Source: a virus
Taxonomy: Duplodnaviria; Caudoviricetes
IMG/VR virus record: IMGVR_UViG_3300025839_000361
Span: 1-29,368 of that record
DNA length: 29,368 nucleotides
Direction: 5' to 3' (one strand)
Shown here: one piece after another, positions 1-7,239 of the stretch
Layout of the letters: each line of letters begins with the position of its first letter
How positions within the stretch are numbered: position 1 is the first letter of the stretch
The notes under the pieces: generated by a model
Seen by the model: the letters and a program-made list of their open reading frames with translations, nothing else
Told to the model about the DNA's origin: nothing
Databases searched by the model: none
Translations under genes and position numbers: made by a program

Positions 1-57
1 CACCTGCCAAGGCGCTTGCAGGCCGAGCGCCATGCCAAATAAAGTTGTACTATTCAT
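1..57 (-). CDS. ISL3-family transposase, N-terminal 19 aa only
   Basis: Translates as MNSTTLFGMALGLQAPWQV; the LF..ALGL..PW.V pattern is characteristic of ISL3 transposase N-termini. Not in the ORF track. Confidence 0.7.
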   Translation of the reverse strand, partial: MNSTTLFGMALGLQAPWQV

Positions 58-98
58 GGTCAAATTGTCGCATTATCCACTGCAAATCATATAGAGCC
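1..98 (-). mobile_element. Left end of an ISL3-family insertion sequence (runs off the window)
   Basis: Minus strand starts GGCTCTATATGATTTGCAGTGG at 98, a GGCTCT terminus typical of ISL3. It is followed by an ORF whose N-terminus resembles ISL3 transposases. Confidence 0.7.
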
Positions 99-126
99 GA
101 ATAACCAATACAATCAGATGCTTCAT
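99..126 (-). pseudogene. 5' stub of a gene downstream of the endolysin, interrupted by the IS (signal-peptide/TM-like start)
   Basis: ATG at 126 overlaps the endolysin stop (ATGA) and reads MKHLIVLVI before entering the IS end at 98. Confidence 0.55.
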
Positions 127-575
127 GCCAGCCCCTGCCGATATTGCGTCTTGCGACCCGGTTCAAATACGGCGGTCAGCACCTGATTGCGAGTCGGCAT
201 ATCATCATCCGCCAGCGACAAATGCACCCAAGTGCCTTCGCAAATCATCTGGTCGAACTTCAGACCAGAATCCAGCAGCGACTGGCAGATCTCTTTGGGC
301 GTACCGTAGCCTGGGCAGATGAAATCTACGGCCAATCCCAGTGTGTGCTGGCTATTCTTTGCGCCGCCAATCAGTGTGTTGAGTTTGATACAGCGGAAGC
401 CGCTGCTGATCTGGATAGGGTATTCGCCCAGTAACTGGCGCACGGCTTCAAGTAGCGTGGCAATTTTGTTCAGATTCATCAGCACCGATTTGCTTGGCGT
501 GTTATCAATTCTGCCGCGCACTGCCTGCTGCGAATGCGTCAGCTCTTCCAGGGTGAAATGGGGTGAGAGATTCAT
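123..575 (-). CDS. Endolysin, peptidase M15A / D-Ala-D-Ala carboxypeptidase-like Zn peptidase
   Basis: Motifs LSPHFTLEE, ISSGFRC..LN, SQH..G.AVD and WVHLS. Confidence 0.9.
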   Translation of the reverse strand: MNLSPHFTLEELTHSQQAVRGRIDNTPSKSVLMNLNKIATLLEAVRQLLGEYPIQISSGFRCIKLNTLIGGAKNSQHTLGLAVDFICPGYGTPKEICQSLLDSGLKFDQMICEGTWVHLSLADDDMPTRNQVLTAVFEPGRKTQYRQGLA

Positions 576-578
576 TTG

Positions 579-761
579 TTATGCCCTCTGTGGTTTGGAT
601 TGGAAACGCACCGGAGTCGTCAGGCAGACCCGCGTTTTATAGCTGTAATGCCCGGTCGGGCGATATTTGCAGCTGCCGTGATCCGGCAGACGGTCATCGT
701 CCAGTCGCGACCAGTGGGCGCAGCGTCCGCATATTTGTTTAGGTGTAGGGGGGGTGTTCAT
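579..761 (-). CDS. Small Cys-containing hypothetical protein (60 aa), first gene of the leftward late operon
   Basis: CGRC..HW...GSC...C pattern. ATG lies 6 nt after a -10 box and the stop is 3 nt before the endolysin start. Confidence 0.65.
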   Translation of the reverse strand: MNTPPTPKQICGRCAHWSRLDDDRLPDHGSCKYRPTGHYSYKTRVCLTTPVRFQSKPQRA

Positions 762-843
762 GCCGCGACTTTACGCGCGCGCGAGGGGGCGGTTAAGCCG
801 GAAGTGTTTCCGGCTTAACAGATCTATTGTTTAAGACTAGAGT
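762..843. promoter_or_regulatory. Bidirectional late-type promoter centred on a perfect 12-bp inverted repeat
   Basis: GTTAAGCCGGAA-gtgt-TTCCGGCTTAAC at 792-819. TAAAGT (minus, 773-768) and TAGAGT (plus, 838-843) each lie 18 nt from the TTAAC. Confidence 0.7.
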
Positions 844-875
844 ATTTCAAGAACGAAACAGATATGAGGTAACCA

Positions 876-1190
876 ATGAAAACGAAAAAAATAGACTTCG
901 AGGTGTTTGATATGGCAGCGGACTTGATTAACGATTCGGGGAAAGTCTTCGATGACTTGGAGGCGCTTATCGCTAAATGGAAAAATCGAAATGAACACAA
1001 GCACAACACCTATCTTCGTGAGTGTGAAAAAAATCAGACTTATGAGGAAAGCGTCGGTGAGGCGGCTATGCGCTTTGGCCGGAATGTAGAAAGAAATTGC
1101 ATATTCGAATTGCAAACATTATATGAAGATTTCAAGAAAGCAAGCCTTGAGCAACCCCCTTTAGAACCTCTTTCAAAACCTCCAGCGTGA
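876..1190 (+). CDS. Hypothetical protein (104 aa), AT-rich, convergent with the repressor operon
   Basis: GAGGT Shine-Dalgarno before the ATG and an upstream TTAACA-17-TAGAGT promoter. 3' end overlaps the DUF2513 gene. Confidence 0.6.
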   Translation: MKTKKIDFEVFDMAADLINDSGKVFDDLEALIAKWKNRNEHKHNTYLRECEKNQTYEESVGEAAMRFGRNVERNCIFELQTLYEDFKKASLEQPPLEPLSKPPA

Positions 1191-1491
1191 GAGGTAGGCT
1201 TTTCTCTTTAGTAATCTGCTTGGCGCGTGCCCATAATGTATCTGGTCTGGCAATGTCGAGAAAGTCATGGCCTTCCCACGTCAGGTCAAATACGGTGATA
1301 TTGCGCTTTCCGGATAAAAACTTTTGCACGCGCCCGTCCAATAAATCCGCCTCAATCAATAAAGCCAGATGGGCATCAACCACCGCCTCATCGTAGCCAT
1401 CTGGGCAAGTAAGGCGGATCGGCCTGACACCGGGTGGTGCAGCTTCTACTGCCAATAACAATTTACGAATTAAATCAAAATCTCGAATCAT
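1132..1491 (-). CDS. DUF2513-family protein
   Basis: M.RD.DLIR.LLL..E start, H..LL.EA.L.. and LTWEGHDFLD motifs. Confidence 0.85.
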   Translation of the reverse strand: MIRDFDLIRKLLLAVEAAPPGVRPIRLTCPDGYDEAVVDAHLALLIEADLLDGRVQKFLSGKRNITVFDLTWEGHDFLDIARPDTLWARAKQITKEKSLPLTLEVLKEVLKGVAQGLLS

Positions 1492-1504
1492 ACTAATCCC
1501 TCAC

Positions 1505-2152
1505 TTAGTTAGAATTTTGGCCGATATATTCAACGCCACTATCGTTGACCTCATCAGGCAGCATCAACTTATAGCTATTGCCTTTCTTAATGCGTTTGAT
1601 GTGGCCAAGCTCGTTGGCGAAATAAAGCACGTAACGCATCTGCTCCTTGATGCCATCGGGTTGCCCTTTGTAAATCTGGCTTTGCAACATGCCCGGATTA
1701 GCTTGTACCAGAGGTAGAACTCTCGCCATCACATCCCTGTAGAGCGGGTCTTCCTTGGCAAATGCTGTCATCAATCGTGTGAAGTCGGCACGTTGTGCAT
1801 CGGTCACGGCATTGCCCACCATGCCATAGGCGATCTTCTGCAATTGCATTCTTGCCCAGTCGTAATTACCGCGATTCCAAGCGTTTTCGATTTCGATGCA
1901 GTGATCCAGCCAAGGATCATTGCGACGGGATGGCGCAGGTTGCCGCGCTGCGCGTAATGTGGGCGCTTGTGGCGGGGGCATGCGCCAGAGATCGGCAGCG
2001 GCAGGCTTTGCATGCGCTTTGCTGTTATGTCTGCGCAGCCACTGGACAGACTCCTTAATCATCTTATACAGCAGCGTGCAGAGGACAATAACCAGCCCAA
2101 CCAGCAAGCCCAGTATCACAAATAACCCTGTGTCATCAGATTGTTTACTCAC
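1505..2152 (-). CDS. Hypothetical N-terminally membrane-anchored protein (about 215 aa)
   Basis: GTG at 2152 overlaps the repressor stop (GTGA). TM segment GLFVILGLLVGLVIVLCTLLY, Pro/Ala linker, then a helical domain. Start revised from the ORF track. Confidence 0.75.
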   Translation of the reverse strand: MSKQSDDTGLFVILGLLVGLVIVLCTLLYKMIKESVQWLRRHNSKAHAKPAAADLWRMPPPQAPTLRAARQPAPSRRNDPWLDHCIEIENAWNRGNYDWARMQLQKIAYGMVGNAVTDAQRADFTRLMTAFAKEDPLYRDVMARVLPLVQANPGMLQSQIYKGQPDGIKEQMRYVLYFANELGHIKRIKKGNSYKLMLPDEVNDSGVEYIGQNSN

Positions 2153-2550
2153 GCCGCCTTGCTTTTCTTGAGCGTGGCTGTTGCCGACTTGTCGGCTGTA
2201 CAGCCACGGCCTACCCCTTGCGGGTGCACGCTCGATTGCGCGAGCGCAGCGCACATCGTCTGCATACTTTCCTGTGCATCTTTTGGTGAGTGGCGATAGT
2301 TGTCCAGGAATGCCGCCTCCTCGCGGCTGATCGCGGGTGCGGCAGGCGCGCTACGCGACCCAGTGAGGATATACAGCACGTCTGCGCCAGCGGCGGCGAT
2401 GGCGGAAAGATAACCCGCATCGGGCATCCTTTCGTTTTTTTCATAATGAATTTGCGCTCTCTTTAACACCCCTCCAGCTTCGGCAAAATCAGATTGATTG
2501 AACCCGATTCGCTCACGCTCATTTCGTAACCGCTCTCCAATAGTGTTCAT
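2149..2550 (-). CDS. Prophage repressor, XRE/Cro-CI-type HTH
   Basis: IGERLRNERERIGFNQSDFA...YEKNERMPDAGYL...ADVLYILTG; divergent from the early operon. Confidence 0.9.
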   Translation of the reverse strand: MNTIGERLRNERERIGFNQSDFAEAGGVLKRAQIHYEKNERMPDAGYLSAIAAAGADVLYILTGSRSAPAAPAISREEAAFLDNYRHSPKDAQESMQTMCAALAQSSVHPQGVGRGCTADKSATATLKKSKAA

Positions 2551-2558
2551 ATAGACAT

Positions 2559-2607
2559 AAAAATAATTATAAATAGTATTGACAGGTGTTCAAACGAACA
2601 CCATAAT
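2559..2607. promoter_or_regulatory. Overlapping divergent promoters (early and repressor) with operator-like palindrome
   Basis: Plus strand: TTGACA(2579)-17-CATAAT(2602). Minus strand: TTGAAC-16-TATAAT(2571-2566). GTGTTC-aaac-GAACAC inverted repeat at 2586-2601. Confidence 0.8.
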
Positions 2608-2659
2608 CACCACATCGAACAACGCAACACCAAAAAAAACCACAAACAAGGACACCATC

Positions 2660-2890
2660 ATGAGCATAAGCGCACAACAGATAACCGAAGCACGCGCCCG
2701 CCTGAGAGCCGAAGGCATCACACTCAGCGTGTTGTGTCGTGAACACAACATCAGCTATCAGGCAGCCCGCGATCTGCTCTGCGGAAAGCTTGCGGGCTAT
2801 CGCGGCGAAGCACACCGCGCTGCTGTCCTGCTAGGCCTTAAACCCGCCCCGCAGTCTCGCAAATCCATCACCAACAAACTTACTGCCTAG
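2660..2890 (+). CDS. Ner/Cro-like DNA-binding protein (BcepMu gp16-like family)
   Basis: L...GIT....C.E..........L.G...G.RGEAHRAAVLLGLK signature. AAGGA SD before the ATG at 2660; first early gene. Confidence 0.85.
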   Translation: MSISAQQITEARARLRAEGITLSVLCREHNISYQAARDLLCGKLAGYRGEAHRAAVLLGLKPAPQSRKSITNKLTA

Positions 2891-2899
2891 GAGATCGTC

Positions 2900-3187
2900 A
2901 TGAATCAAAAAACCACCCAAACCAAATCACTGCTAGACGCAGGCGACCGCATCGATTCATACGATGAGGACTCACTAATCTGCCCAAACTGCCACGCGAA
3001 TTGGCCTAAACATCGCTTGTCAGCTGACGGCGTTGCATTTCGGGTCAACTTCTGTCGCTGCTGTGCCGCCGAGCTTTGGACGCAACTGCCATGTGGTCAC
3101 GACACGCCGATCAGCGAGCTTCCCTATAACTACTGCGGCGAGTGCGGCAAGCCTACTGAGCTGGCTGCCGCTCTGGTTCAGGCTTGA
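2900..3187 (+). CDS. Zinc-ribbon hypothetical protein
   Basis: AGGAG SD; CPNC, CRCC, CGH and CGEC motifs. Confidence 0.75.
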   Translation: MNQKTTQTKSLLDAGDRIDSYDEDSLICPNCHANWPKHRLSADGVAFRVNFCRCCAAELWTQLPCGHDTPISELPYNYCGECGKPTELAAALVQA

Positions 3188-3356
3188 TTCGCTGTGAGCA
3201 AACCCGGCAAAAAGGCAGGTCGCTTTTCAATTGGCTATCGCAATTGGGACAAGCATCCAGCATGGCTGAGCCGCAACGGTCGCAATACTTGTCTTGATAG
3301 CTGCCTAAAAAAGAGCGGTTACAAGTCGGGCTTGAGCATACATAACGAATTTTCAT
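3153..3356 (-). CDS. Double zinc-ribbon protein, antisense within the early operon
   Basis: AAGGAG SD before the ATG at 3356; four Cys pairs (CSSPTC, CDRC, CPNC, CRVC). Confidence 0.7.
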   Translation of the reverse strand: MKIRYVCSSPTCNRSFLGSYQDKYCDRCGSAMLDACPNCDSQLKSDLPFCRVCSQRIKPEPERQPAQ

Positions 3357-3479
3357 TTGAGTCTCCTTTATTGGATAAAGCCATGTTGATGACTTGTTGC
3401 GCATTTTACCCACTAAAAAGACTTTTCACCTGTTCCAAGCGGCTATTTGTTCAGAACAGCATCGGCGGAGGGATTTCAA

Positions 3480-3953
3480 ATGATGCGGCGTAATTGGAAA
3501 CGGGTGCACCCCTCCAGCCTGCGCGACGCGCTGCGTCTATGCAAAGACCATGCGCTGGAGAAGAGAAACTACTCGGTCGAGCGCATTGCCGACCTGATGG
3601 ATGTGACGGCTGACCTGCTCTACAAGTGGATGTCGAACGGCAAGATGCCGGTTTCATCCGTCCCTGCTTACGAACATATTTGCGGCATCAACTTTGTCTC
3701 TCGCTGGCTGGCGGCCAGCGAGGGCTACCTGGTGATCCAGGCACCCACGGGCCGCAACGCCACGCCTGACGATATGCACGCCCTGCAAGAGCTGCTTAAC
3801 TCCGCCGCTGGTCAATTGCTCCAGTTTTACAGCGGCAAGACTGAGGCAGATGTCGTGCTCGCCGCCATCCAGCAAGGCATGGAGGGCTTGGCTTGGCACA
3901 AGGGAAACGTACAAAAACATTTGCAACCTGAGTTTGAATTTACGGAGGAATGA
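3480..3953 (+). CDS. Conserved Mu-like phage early protein, HTH-like regulator
   Basis: GGAGG SD; SVERIADLMDV..DLLYKW HTH-like segment; position in the early operon. Confidence 0.75.
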   Translation: MMRRNWKRVHPSSLRDALRLCKDHALEKRNYSVERIADLMDVTADLLYKWMSNGKMPVSSVPAYEHICGINFVSRWLAASEGYLVIQAPTGRNATPDDMHALQELLNSAAGQLLQFYSGKTEADVVLAAIQQGMEGLAWHKGNVQKHLQPEFEFTEE

Positions 3954-4165
3954 TCATGAATCTGCAAGCCGCACTGACTCGCTGCCGCCATGGTGATGCG
4001 CTGATACAACTGGAATCCAGCCCGTTCAATGGGTTGGAAATTCGTCCAGCAGCATTGCGCCGCCTGGCGCAGCAACTGATCGCCACTGCTGACATGGCAG
4101 ACCGCCTGCCACTGGGCGAAAAGCACTGGAAACCCACACGCGTTGAGATAGGAGAAGAAGCATGA
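3950..4165 (+). CDS. Hypothetical phage protein
   Basis: Translationally coupled (ATGA overlaps) to both neighbours. Confidence 0.7.
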   Translation: MIMNLQAALTRCRHGDALIQLESSPFNGLEIRPAALRRLAQQLIATADMADRLPLGEKHWKPTRVEIGEEA

Positions 4166-4470
4166 GCAAAACGGAAGATGAGCGTAACTCGGCTGGCAAG
4201 GTGCTGGATCTGCTGGATGCCCTGTCTGGCTGTGCGGTGAATGGCGCATCGAACGGCGCACTGGCCAAGGGGCTGGAACTCTCGCCCAGCACGGTCACGG
4301 TATTGATGAGAAGCCTGATCGGCAAGGGTTGGGCGCGCAAGGATGAGGCAACCGGACATTTCCACCCGACCCCGAAGATGGGGCGTGTATTTGGCCGAGT
4401 GTTGGCCGACATCGGCAAAGCCGAACAGCAGATCGCCGATTTGAAACACAACTTTACACGTAACACATAG
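4162..4470 (+). CDS. IclR-like winged-HTH protein
   Basis: SAGKVLDLLDAL...GALAKGLELSPSTV...L...GWARKD..TG.F pattern. Confidence 0.8.
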   Translation: MSKTEDERNSAGKVLDLLDALSGCAVNGASNGALAKGLELSPSTVTVLMRSLIGKGWARKDEATGHFHPTPKMGRVFGRVLADIGKAEQQIADLKHNFTRNT

Positions 4471-4481
4471 GGAGTAACAAC

Positions 4482-5390
4482 ATGGGACGCACTGCAAACG
4501 ATAAAACACTGAATTCAGCGACTGATAATTTTGACGATACCCGGCTGGTTGAAGCGGGCGCTGCCGCACAGGAGCTGGCGGTATTCAATGCGCAGCTGGA
4601 CACCACCGTGCGCGCGGTCGCGTTGCAGATCGGCTATCAACTGCCCGCCGACTGCACTGACCCGGATCTGATCCAGCGCGACATCAGCGCCAACATGCGC
4701 CGCAGCGTGGAGGCGTGCCTTGAGGTGGGGCGTGGGCTGGCGGTGCTGAAAGCAGCGTGCGGACATGGCAACTTCATGGCACGGCTGGATGTGCTGGGGA
4801 TTGATCGCAAGGTGTCCGCCAAGTTTATGCAGGCGGCGGGCAAGTTTTCAAATGTCTCGTCAACGAGACATTTAACCAAAGCACTCGGCAATCAAACCAA
4901 GCTGTTTGAAATGCTGGTGCTGGACGACGAGCAGCTCGAAGAGCTGGAGCTGACGGGTCAGACGGGCGAACTTCAGCTGGACAAGATTGCCACCATGTCG
5001 GTGAAGGAATTACGTGCTGCTCTGCGCGAAGCTAAGGCGGACGCTGCCGCCACCGACCGCGTGCTGGAGCAAAAAAGCAGCACCATCACCCAGTTGCAAA
5101 AAGACCTGAGCCGCGAGATAGACCCGCAGGCGGTCTGGTCGGACGCGATGCGCAGTCTGAATTTACATGTCGCCGGGCATCGCGCGGCTTTCCTGGAATC
5201 TATCACCGCGCTGGACATCATCCGCGAAAAAGTAATGCAGCAGGAAGCTGCGCCCGGCGAAGAGGCCGCGCTGGCGGCGGCACGCGAACAGATTGGCCGC
5301 GAGATGGCCGAGGCAATTGAACGCGCTGAAGCGCTGGTCAGCCGGGTGCGGCGCTTGTTCGACTGCACGCTGGGCGCGCTGATCGGTTGA
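4482..5390 (+). CDS. Conserved Mu-like protein upstream of the transposase (DUF3102-like, coiled coil)
   Basis: LEVGRGL..LK....HG.F...L..LG....A.KFM motif and a MSVKELRAALRE coiled coil; position before the transposase. Confidence 0.75.
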   Translation: MGRTANDKTLNSATDNFDDTRLVEAGAAAQELAVFNAQLDTTVRAVALQIGYQLPADCTDPDLIQRDISANMRRSVEACLEVGRGLAVLKAACGHGNFMARLDVLGIDRKVSAKFMQAAGKFSNVSSTRHLTKALGNQTKLFEMLVLDDEQLEELELTGQTGELQLDKIATMSVKELRAALREAKADAAATDRVLEQKSSTITQLQKDLSREIDPQAVWSDAMRSLNLHVAGHRAAFLESITALDIIREKVMQQEAAPGEEAALAAAREQIGREMAEAIERAEALVSRVRRLFDCTLGALIG

Positions 5391-5430
5391 GGTTTAACGC
5401 CTTATATCCTCAATGACAACGGACTTCATC

Positions 5431-7239
5431 ATGGCCGCGCAACTCTCCCCCGACATGCTCCAGCAACTATTTGCCCTGCGCGATGCGCTGGCTGCCGCCC
5501 CGCGCGGTGAACAGACAGCGCGGGTTAAGGCATTTGCCGAGTTTGTCGGTAAAAAACCGAATACCGTCTATCGCTGGCTGAAGGAACACTCAGGACGCAA
5601 AACCAACCGTAGCCCGCGCGCCGACAAGGGCAAGACCAGCGTGCCTGCCGAGACCCTGGAGATGCTGTCAGGAATGAAGCGCGAGTGTGTGCGCGGCAAT
5701 GGCAACAAGACCTTGCCTACGGGCGTGGCGATGAATGTGATGCAAGAAAACGGGGTGGAGATTACCGTCAGCAAGAGCCGCTACAATGCCTTGATGCGCG
5801 AGCGTAACCTCGACGTGGACAGCATCATCGCCTCGCGCAGCCATATCCAGACCCGCCCCAAGCATGTCAACCAGGTGATGCAGGTGGATCCCAGCCTGTG
5901 CGTGATCTACTACATGCACGGCCGTCAATTCATCATGCGTGACGAAGAGTTTTACAAGAACAAGCCCGGCAACTACGCCAAGGTGCTGCTCAAGGTATGG
6001 CGTTATGTGCGCTGGGAGCAAGCCAGCTCCAGCATTGATGTGCGCTATTTTGAGGCGGCAGGCGAGAATCAGGAAGTGCTGTTCAACTTCCTGCATTACA
6101 CCCTGTGTAAACAGGACAATCGCCTTTCCTACGGCCTGCCCGCCACGCTGGAGATGGACAAGGGCAGCGCCAATACCTCGCACGGTATCTTGAACTGGAT
6201 GGAAGCGATGGGGGTGGAAGTGGTCACCCACGCGCCCGGCCATTCGTGGGCCAAGGGCGGCGTGGAAAACGCCAACTGGCTGGTGGAAACCCATTTTGAG
6301 AGCCGTTTAAAGTTCGAGCCTGTGACGAGCGTGGAGCAGCTCAACGCCTCTGCCGCCAGCTGGGTACGCGACTTTAACGCCAATGCCATCCCGCATGTCG
6401 AATGCCGCGTCAAGCGGGCATCGGGTGAGTTGCTGGTGCGCGATGAGCTGTGGCAACTCATCATGCGCACCCCGGAACATCTGATTGAAATCCCGGAAAT
6501 CAGCGTGTGCCGCTATTTCCTGCATTCTGCCGAGGATACACGTCAGGTCAAGAGCAATTACCTGATCAGCTTTGTTCACCCTGAAATCAAGAAAAGCCGT
6601 CAATACGATCTGCGCCCCTGGGCGGAATTCCTCGCCAATAAGATGCAGGTCAAGGTCTGGGCGTTGCTGCTAAAAGACGGTGCGCTGCGCGTGGAAATCC
6701 CGCGTATTGGCGGTGATCCTTTGCTGGTGGAAGTGCAACCAGATAGCGCCTTTGACCAGTTTGGGAATTCATTGAGCGCGCAGGAAAAAGGCGAATACCG
6801 CGCCTCTACATACTCACTCACTGAGGCGGCTGATAAGCGTTTAGCCCAAGCTGCCTTCGGTGAAGAGGCCACCCGCGACAGCGCCGAAAAGAGCCGAGCC
6901 AAACAAGCCCGCCCCTTCGCTCACCTCAATGAGGGCAAGGGGCTGGTAGCGCATTCACACCTGGGTAAAGCCGAACTGCCGCAGCGCCTGCTGCCCAATG
7001 CGACGCCATTGGTAACCGAACAAATTACCGCCGCGCGCGGTAACAAAATCGAATTCCCGCCGCTGTCCCTGGTGGAGTTCGCCAAGAGTATGGGGCGCGA
7101 CTGGCAGACCAGTTTTGCGGCTGTCGTCACCCAGCGTTATCCCGATAAACGTATCCCGTCCAGTGAAGTGGAAGCCCTCAAGGCACGCTTGCTGCGCGGT
7201 GAATCTGCACCACTGGCCGTCGTAGGAGGAATGAAGTGA
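5431..7239 (+). CDS. Mu-like DDE transposase (MuA equivalent)
   Basis: N-terminal HTH (TVYRWL..R..RADKG); catalytic-like QVDPS, MDKGSAN and AKGGVE motifs. Start may be 5413 or 5431. Confidence 0.92.
   Translation: MAAQLSPDMLQQLFALRDALAAAPRGEQTARVKAFAEFVGKKPNTVYRWLKEHSGRKTNRSPRADKGKTSVPAETLEMLSGMKRECVRGNGNKTLPTGVAMNVMQENGVEITVSKSRYNALMRERNLDVDSIIASRSHIQTRPKHVNQVMQVDPSLCVIYYMHGRQFIMRDEEFYKNKPGNYAKVLLKVWRYVRWEQASSSIDVRYFEAAGENQEVLFNFLHYTLCKQDNRLSYGLPATLEMDKGSANTSHGILNWMEAMGVEVVTHAPGHSWAKGGVENANWLVETHFESRLKFEPVTSVEQLNASAASWVRDFNANAIPHVECRVKRASGELLVRDELWQLIMRTPEHLIEIPEISVCRYFLHSAEDTRQVKSNYLISFVHPEIKKSRQYDLRPWAEFLANKMQVKVWALLLKDGALRVEIPRIGGDPLLVEVQPDSAFDQFGNSLSAQEKGEYRASTYSLTEAADKRLAQAAFGEEATRDSAEKSRAKQARPFAHLNEGKGLVAHSHLGKAELPQRLLPNATPLVTEQITAARGNKIEFPPLSLVEFAKSMGRDWQTSFAAVVTQRYPDKRIPSSEVEALKARLLRGESAPLAVVGGMK

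Noticed and set aside
2153-2254. N-terminal extension of the 1505-2254 ORF
   Set aside because: Lies inside the repressor gene; GTG at 2152 with a GTGA overlap is the better start.
3194-3493. 99-aa plus-strand ORF
   Set aside because: No SD; it overlaps the better-supported antisense zinc-ribbon gene and the next gene's start.
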